A stretch of DNA of 64,000 bases. Origin: Candidatus Nomurabacteria bacterium (GTDB lineage: Bacteria > Patescibacteriota > Minisyncoccia > Phycocordibacterales > UBA9973). The stretch is taken from assembly GCA_026396015.1 (NCBI GenBank), contig JAPLXP010000003.1, forward strand, positions 176,974-240,973, read 5' to 3'. A program made the translations under genes and the position numbers. This document shows positions 58,621 through 64,000 of this stretch, piece after piece. The notes beneath the pieces were generated by a model. It ran no database searches and had not been told where the DNA came from. It saw nothing but the letters and a program-made list of their open reading frames with translations. Each line of letters opens with the position of its first letter. Position 1 is the stretch's first letter.

Positions 58621-58653
58621 AAAACCCCCTCTCTATCGGGGGTTTTCTTTTTG
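58621..58653 (+). terminator. rho-independent terminator (aaaaccccc-tctctatc-gggggtttt)
   Basis: Hairpin plus T-run after the lysine-rich ORF. Confidence 0.65.
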
Positions 58654-58703
58654 CTTCATATCATATTTTTTTAAATTTCAAATATTTTAAAAAAGGTCTA
58701 TAT

Positions 58704-61193
58704 GTGTTAAAATGGGTTCCTATGAGTATTATACAGAGTATATTTGGGGATGAGAGTAGCGCCTTTGTAAAGAAGGCTAAAAAGACTGTTTCTGTTATCA
58801 ACTCCCTAGAAGAAAAAATCAAAAATTTAAAAGATGAAGAATTCAAAGATAAGACTATTGAGTTGAGAAGTCGCCTCCAGAAGGGTGAATCACTTGATGA
58901 TGTATTACCCGAAGCTTTTGCAGTGGTTCGTGAGGTTGCCTACCGTACAAAAGGTGAGCGTCACTATGATGTGCAGATGATCGGTGGATGTGCATTGCAA
59001 GCTGGAAATATTGCCGAGATGCGTACAGGTGAAGGTAAAACTTTGACTGCTACAACTCCCGCATATCTGAATGCACTTTCAAGTGAAGGTGTACATATCA
59101 TAACAGTGAATGATTATCTTTCTCGTCGTGATGCTGTGTGGATGGGTCCAATATTTTCTATGCTCGGCATGACTGTGGGTGTTGTGAATTCTCAGAACAC
59201 ATCATACATATACGATTCATCCCATATCGATAAAGTATCTGATTCAGAGAGTGATGCAGGATCATTTAAAGTTGAGTACGAATGTCTTCGTCCTTGCAGT
59301 AGAAAGGAAGCCTACGCCGCTGATATCACATACGGTACGAACAATGAATTCGGTTTCGATTTCCTTCGCGACAATTTAGCTCAACATGTAGACAATCTAG
59401 TTCAAAGGGGTCATCACTATGCTATCGTCGATGAGGTGGACTCTATCTTGATAGATGAATCACGTACTCCACTGATCATATCATCACCAGCAGAAGATTC
59501 AGAAGATCTTTATTATACTTTTGCTGATATTTCAAAACAATTAAAAAAAGAAGATGATTATACTGTGGACGAAAAACTCCGCGCGATATCTCTGACTGAT
59601 GCAGGTATTACTAATGCAGAAAATCTTTTAGGTATTTCTGATATTTATACAGAGAAGGGTATCAAGTATGTTCATCATCTAGAGACTGCAGTACGTGCAC
59701 GTGCATTATTTGAGAACAATAAAGACTACGTAGTAAAAGAAGGTGAGGTAATCATCGTTGATGCATTTACTGGACGTCTGCAGCCGGGCCGCCGATGGAG
59801 TGAAGGGTTGCATCAGGCTATCGAGGCAAAGGAAGGTGTAAAAATAGAAAAGGAGACTCGAGCAGTCGCTTCTATTACATTCCAAAACTATTTCCGTTTT
59901 TACAAGAAACTATCAGGTATGACTGGTACTGCTGATACATCAAAAGAAGAATTCCAAAAAGTTTACGGTATCGATGTTATTGTTGTACCTACACATAGAG
60001 ATGTAGCTCGTCTTGATAAACAAGATCTGATATATCAGACTGAAGAGGGTAAATATAAAGCTATTGTATCTAAAGTAAAAGAACTTCAGATCAAGGGTCA
60101 GCCAGTATTGATTGGTACTGTGTCTATCGAAAAGAACGAAGTACTATCTGCTTATCTAAAACAAGCCGGAGTGATTCATACAATCCTAAATGCCAAGAAC
60201 CATGAACACGAAGGTGAGATCATCGCCAACGCCGGTAGATATGGTGCGGTTACTGTAGCCACAAACATGGCAGGACGTGGAGTTGATATCAAGCTAGGAG
60301 GTGTACCTTACTCAAAAGAATCTTATGACAAGGTCCGTGATCTAGGTGGACTATTCGTTTTAGGTACTGAAAGACATGAAGCTCGTCGCATCGACAACCA
60401 GCTACGTGGACGATCTGGTCGTCAGGGTGACCCAGGTGAGACTCAATTCTACGTATCACTCGAAGACGACCTAATGCGTATCTTCGGTGGGGATCGCGTA
60501 AAGGCTATGATGGGAAGACTAGGAGTAGAGGAAGATCAGCCTATTCAGAACAGTATCATATCAAAAACACTTGAGAATGCTCAGGCTAAAATTGAAGGTT
60601 TCCATTTTGACTCTCGAAAACATACTCTAGAATACGATGATCTGATGAACCACCAGAGAAGTGTCGTATATGGACGCCGCAGAACTATGCTCACTGGTAA
60701 GACTGAAGATATTCAGATTTTCCTTGATGGAATAGTAGCTGAATACCCAGAATTGGCTGATGTTATAGTAGAAAAGAAGGCCAAGTCAGGTGAAGGTCCA
60801 TTTTATGAGACTATCCGCCGAATCGCATTATATACTACAGACAATCTATGGGTTGAACATCTAGAATCTATGGATCATACTCGATCTTCAGTAAACCTAC
60901 GTGCCTATGGCCAGAGAGATCCACTCATTGAATACAAGAAAGAGGGTCTGCGAATGTTTAAAGAAATGGAGGCAATGTTCAAAGAGCAAATTGCATCATT
61001 TGTCCGCACATTGAACATCACTGAGAACAATGGTGGTATCCAAGAAGTACCATCAACACCGACAATCATACTCTCAACTGACGATCAGAGTGGTTCTGTA
61101 CCGTCTATATCAGGGGATAAAGTAGGCCGCAATGATCTATGTCCATGTGGCTCTGGCAAGAAATATAAGAAGTGTCATGGTCAAGAAAAATAG
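58704..61193 (+). CDS. secA: preprotein translocase ATPase SecA
   Basis: DEAD-like motor (GEGKTL, DEVD), PPXD, C-terminal zinc finger CPCGSGKKYKKCHG. Confidence 0.9.
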   Translation: MLKWVPMSIIQSIFGDESSAFVKKAKKTVSVINSLEEKIKNLKDEEFKDKTIELRSRLQKGESLDDVLPEAFAVVREVAYRTKGERHYDVQMIGGCALQAGNIAEMRTGEGKTLTATTPAYLNALSSEGVHIITVNDYLSRRDAVWMGPIFSMLGMTVGVVNSQNTSYIYDSSHIDKVSDSESDAGSFKVEYECLRPCSRKEAYAADITYGTNNEFGFDFLRDNLAQHVDNLVQRGHHYAIVDEVDSILIDESRTPLIISSPAEDSEDLYYTFADISKQLKKEDDYTVDEKLRAISLTDAGITNAENLLGISDIYTEKGIKYVHHLETAVRARALFENNKDYVVKEGEVIIVDAFTGRLQPGRRWSEGLHQAIEAKEGVKIEKETRAVASITFQNYFRFYKKLSGMTGTADTSKEEFQKVYGIDVIVVPTHRDVARLDKQDLIYQTEEGKYKAIVSKVKELQIKGQPVLIGTVSIEKNEVLSAYLKQAGVIHTILNAKNHEHEGEIIANAGRYGAVTVATNMAGRGVDIKLGGVPYSKESYDKVRDLGGLFVLGTERHEARRIDNQLRGRSGRQGDPGETQFYVSLEDDLMRIFGGDRVKAMMGRLGVEEDQPIQNSIISKTLENAQAKIEGFHFDSRKHTLEYDDLMNHQRSVVYGRRRTMLTGKTEDIQIFLDGIVAEYPELADVIVEKKAKSGEGPFYETIRRIALYTTDNLWVEHLESMDHTRSSVNLRAYGQRDPLIEYKKEGLRMFKEMEAMFKEQIASFVRTLNITENNGGIQEVPSTPTIILSTDDQSGSVPSISGDKVGRNDLCPCGSGKKYKKCHGQEK

Positions 61194-61526
61194 CTAATTT
61201 CGTTGGTAAATAAGGGTTTTTATAGGACAAAGTCGTAAATGTGTCAAAAAACGGCTAAAACCTTTACAAAATAGGCATTATTTCACAATTAAATACCCTA
61301 GTATGTCAAGTACTATTGAACAAAAAACCCTTATTTTATAAGGGTTTTTTGTATTTGACACATAGAAAAACAGTGGCATAACCATTGACTTTTGTAGCTC
61401 AATATGCTATTATATATCAAGTCCCAAGTATGTTATGTTCAATCGTAATATATATGGGTTTTTTATTTTGAGCTACGGTTCAAGATATACACAGACACAT
61501 GTTTGGCGGAGCACAACCGCTACATT

Positions 61527-62114
61527 ATGAAAAACAAAAAAATTATACAGTTTCTACAGTCTTTTGTGGCTATACCATTGTTTGCCACAACACTCCCATT
61601 TGCTGGAGTGACTGCTATTCAAAGCCAGGCTGTAGCGATTAGTCAAGAACCAACACAAATCACAAGCTCACTGTTAACCCCAGAAGAAGCCAAGATTCGT
61701 GCAGAGCATATCAAAGACGTCAATGACTTCTTTGAATCAAGAAATGCTCCGCTTGCTGGATACGGAGAAAAGTTCGTAGACGAGGCAGCTAAAAATGATA
61801 TTGATTGGAGACTTCTACCTGCTATTGCCACACGTGAATCAAACGCTGGTAAAGACGCTTGTAAGAGTTCAAAAGCCCCAAACAATAACTTCGGTTGGTT
61901 TTCATGTAAACGTGGCTTCTCTTCTGTTGATGAGTCTATCGAATATATCTCAAAGACACTAGGAGGAAACAATGAAAAGGCTCCGCACTATACGGACGAC
62001 ATGAATACTACTCAAATTTTAAAACGTTATAATCCAGATTCTATTGTTCCTGGATACTCAAAACAAGTCATCAGAATTATGAAAGTAATTAATTCGGATG
62101 AAGATATTATATAA
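61527..62114 (+). CDS. hypothetical secreted protein, possible glucosaminidase-like (GH73-like) fold
   Basis: Signal peptide (start moved to MKNKKIIQFL); ATRESNAGK...NNFGWFS resembles the glucosaminidase AILESGWGKS...NLFGIK core; weak. Confidence 0.4.
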   Translation: MKNKKIIQFLQSFVAIPLFATTLPFAGVTAIQSQAVAISQEPTQITSSLLTPEEAKIRAEHIKDVNDFFESRNAPLAGYGEKFVDEAAKNDIDWRLLPAIATRESNAGKDACKSSKAPNNNFGWFSCKRGFSSVDESIEYISKTLGGNNEKAPHYTDDMNTTQILKRYNPDSIVPGYSKQVIRIMKVINSDEDII

Positions 62115-62129
62115 GCTCTATCAGTTTTA

Positions 62130-62170
62130 AAATAACACCCACGACGGTATCGTGGGTGTTATTTTTTTAT
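62130..62170. terminator. bidirectional terminator (aataacacccacgacggtatcgtgggtgttatt)
   Basis: Perfect 14-bp stem between convergent genes. Confidence 0.7.
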
Positions 62171-64000
62171 ATTCTCTTCATTTTTTCAATAACTAGACTC
62201 TTTTCACCATTCCTCTCGCTGACTTTTGCATTGATGGCTATGATATTGTTTTCAATTAGTATATCTTTTGACCCTTCAAATAATTTCGGGAATACAACTG
62301 CCTCCATGGTGCCTGTATAGTCTGATATCGCGATGAATGCCATACGATCCCCCTTTTTAGTGTTGACTATTCTGATTGTGTCGATGATTGCCGCTACGAC
62401 TACTGGTTTTTCTTTTTCTACGTTTGCTCGTATCTCTGATATTACAGTTCCAAATTTTTCAATCTTTTCCTTATATATATCTAATGGATGACCCGAGATA
62501 TATAATCCGAGTAATTCTTTTTCCCAAGATAATTTTTCTGTTTGAGTTGCTTCTGTTTGAGATACTAATTTTAATTGTGCTTTGATTCCACCAATAGCTC
62601 CAAAGAGCGATTCTTGTGCTCCACTACCTTTGGATTCTTTATTAAATTCTATTAGTAATTCAAGATTGCCGATAATCATATTTCTTTCTGATAAATCATC
62701 CATAGCACCTGATTTAGTGAGGGCTTCTACTGATTTTTTATTAAGATTTTTATGGTTGATTCGCTCAAAGAAATTTTCTAGTGTTGTAAACTTTCCGCCA
62801 CGTTTTCTCTCTTCAATGATTGCATTGGCTATGTCCGTGCCTAGATTTTTAATTGTGTAGAGTCCGAATCGTATGGTACGATCTTTTTCATTGTTGCTAC
62901 CTACAATCACCGTGAACCCTCCGAAGCTTTCATTGACATTTGGTGGTAGGACTTTGATTCCCATCTTTTCACATTCACCGACTATTTCAGCAATTTTTTC
63001 TACATCTCCAGATTCAGCTGTCAGAATAGCTGTCATGTATTCAACGGGGTAGTTGGCTTTCATGTATGCAGTCTGGTAGGATACACGACCGTAGCTTGCA
63101 GCATGTGCCTTGTTGAATCCATAGGCGGCAAATGGCTCGATGAGTTCCCAGAGCTTCTTGGCTTTTTGAGGAGTGAGGCCATGCTCGATGAATCCTTCAT
63201 TGAGGTGCTTCTTTTGGGCCTCCATTTCTGCTGGAATTTTCTTGCCCATGGCCTTGCGGAGCTTGTCTGCCTCGAGCCACGAGTATCCTGCGAGCTTGAT
63301 CGCAATCATCATAACGTCATCTTGATATGTGATAACTCCAAAGGATTGGTCTAGGATTTCTTCCATTCTTGGATCGAGGTATTTGACCTTGGAATTGTCG
63401 TGTTTACGCTCAATGTATTCTGGTATCATTTCCATTGGTCCGGGGCGGTATAGGGCCACCATGGCGTTTATATCATGTATTGTAGACGGCATTAGCTCCT
63501 TCAAATACCTAGTCATTCCAGATCCATTTAATTGGAAAAGACCCATAGTCTCTCCACGGGTAAGCATAGCAAAAGTCTTCTTGTCTTCTAGGTCTATTTT
63601 GTCGATATTTATGTCTATATCATGGATTTGTTTTACGAGCCGGACCGCGTCTGCGAGTATGGCCAAATTGCGAATACCCAGGAAATCAAACTTTGGAAGA
63701 CCAGCATCTTCGATACTATACATGTCGTATTGAGTGATCACATCACCACCTTTTGGGTCGTATTGAACAGGAGTAAAGTCTGATAGTGGGCGAGGGGCGA
63801 TCACGACACCAGCAGCATGGACCGAGATATGTCGAACACAACCCTCCATCTTGCGAGCGAGGTCTATGATCTCTTTTGTTTCAGCTTCATTTTTATATGC
63901 GGCTGCTAGTTCTGGTACTATCTCCATGGCATGATCGATAGTCATAGCTGTGCCTTGGGATCCGAGAGGTATCATGCTGGATAATCGGTCTCCAATAGAG
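62167..64000 (-). CDS. dnaE: DNA polymerase III alpha subunit, C-terminal portion (runs off window)
   Basis: Fingers/thumb region with HISVHAAGVVIAP-type motif and OB-fold C-terminus; N-terminus lies beyond 64000. Confidence 0.85.
   Translation of the reverse strand, partial: SIGDRLSSMIPLGSQGTAMTIDHAMEIVPELAAAYKNEAETKEIIDLARKMEGCVRHISVHAAGVVIAPRPLSDFTPVQYDPKGGDVITQYDMYSIEDAGLPKFDFLGIRNLAILADAVRLVKQIHDIDINIDKIDLEDKKTFAMLTRGETMGLFQLNGSGMTRYLKELMPSTIHDINAMVALYRPGPMEMIPEYIERKHDNSKVKYLDPRMEEILDQSFGVITYQDDVMMIAIKLAGYSWLEADKLRKAMGKKIPAEMEAQKKHLNEGFIEHGLTPQKAKKLWELIEPFAAYGFNKAHAASYGRVSYQTAYMKANYPVEYMTAILTAESGDVEKIAEIVGECEKMGIKVLPPNVNESFGGFTVIVGSNNEKDRTIRFGLYTIKNLGTDIANAIIEERKRGGKFTTLENFFERINHKNLNKKSVEALTKSGAMDDLSERNMIIGNLELLIEFNKESKGSGAQESLFGAIGGIKAQLKLVSQTEATQTEKLSWEKELLGLYISGHPLDIYKEKIEKFGTVISEIRANVEKEKPVVVAAIIDTIRIVNTKKGDRMAFIAISDYTGTMEAVVFPKLFEGSKDILIENNIIAINAKVSERNGEKSLVIEKMKRI

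Overview
This is a low-GC (~35-38%), gene-dense bacterial window on a standard genetic code. About 55 protein genes are tightly packed, with many stop/start overlaps of only 1-4 nt. Most are housekeeping genes: glyQS, metG, serS, infB, rbfA, rpsF-ssb-rpsR, secA, secG, topA, dnaX, a partial dnaE, obg, clpB, RNase J, a RelA/SpoT-family Rel (HD-SYNTH-TGS), dprA, recO, rmuC, tatD, dus and IscS-like. There are five tRNAs: Leu-TAG, Cys-GCA, Tyr-GTA, Gln-TTG and Lys-CTT. There is one complete 16S rRNA gene with no 23S/5S within 11 kb downstream. I infer a reduced-genome, CPR/Patescibacteria-like lineage; this is inference and not proven. The evidence is a 499-aa IF-2 that starts at the G domain, canonical sigma70 -35/-10 promoters (TTGACA-N17-TATAAT), several leaderless or short-leader mRNAs, no Shine-Dalgarno upstream of any start codon I checked (e.g. 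metG, glyS, obg, clpB, secA, topA, infB, serS, IscS), a 16S 3' tail that seems to lack CCUCC, an unlinked 16S and a ~95-nt 16S expansion segment. Accessory content stands out in seven places:
1. A ~7-kb island (39.0-46.0 kb) carries rmuC, two tandem diverged SF2 helicases with novel C-terminal ~55-aa repeat arrays, a hypothetical and a DnaQ-like exonuclease.
2. A dispersed ~100-135-bp MITE-like repeat with terminal inverted repeats occurs in 4 intergenic copies.
3. A CTAG-rich hairpin repeat family sits in the leaders of the S6 operon and is also inserted in 16S helix h40.
4. Two GC-rich palindromic in-frame insertions lie inside the cysteine desulfurase gene.
5. A 74-bp tandem repeat (x3) lies next to tRNA-Lys.
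6. A surface-protein cluster includes a T9SS-type C-terminal sorting domain.
7. There is a Gly/Tyr-rich secreted low-complexity protein and a 35-aa lysine-rich peptide.
No CRISPR array, reverse transcriptase, transposase or integrase ORF was seen. No homology searches were run; all calls are from motifs I recognised in the translations and sequence.
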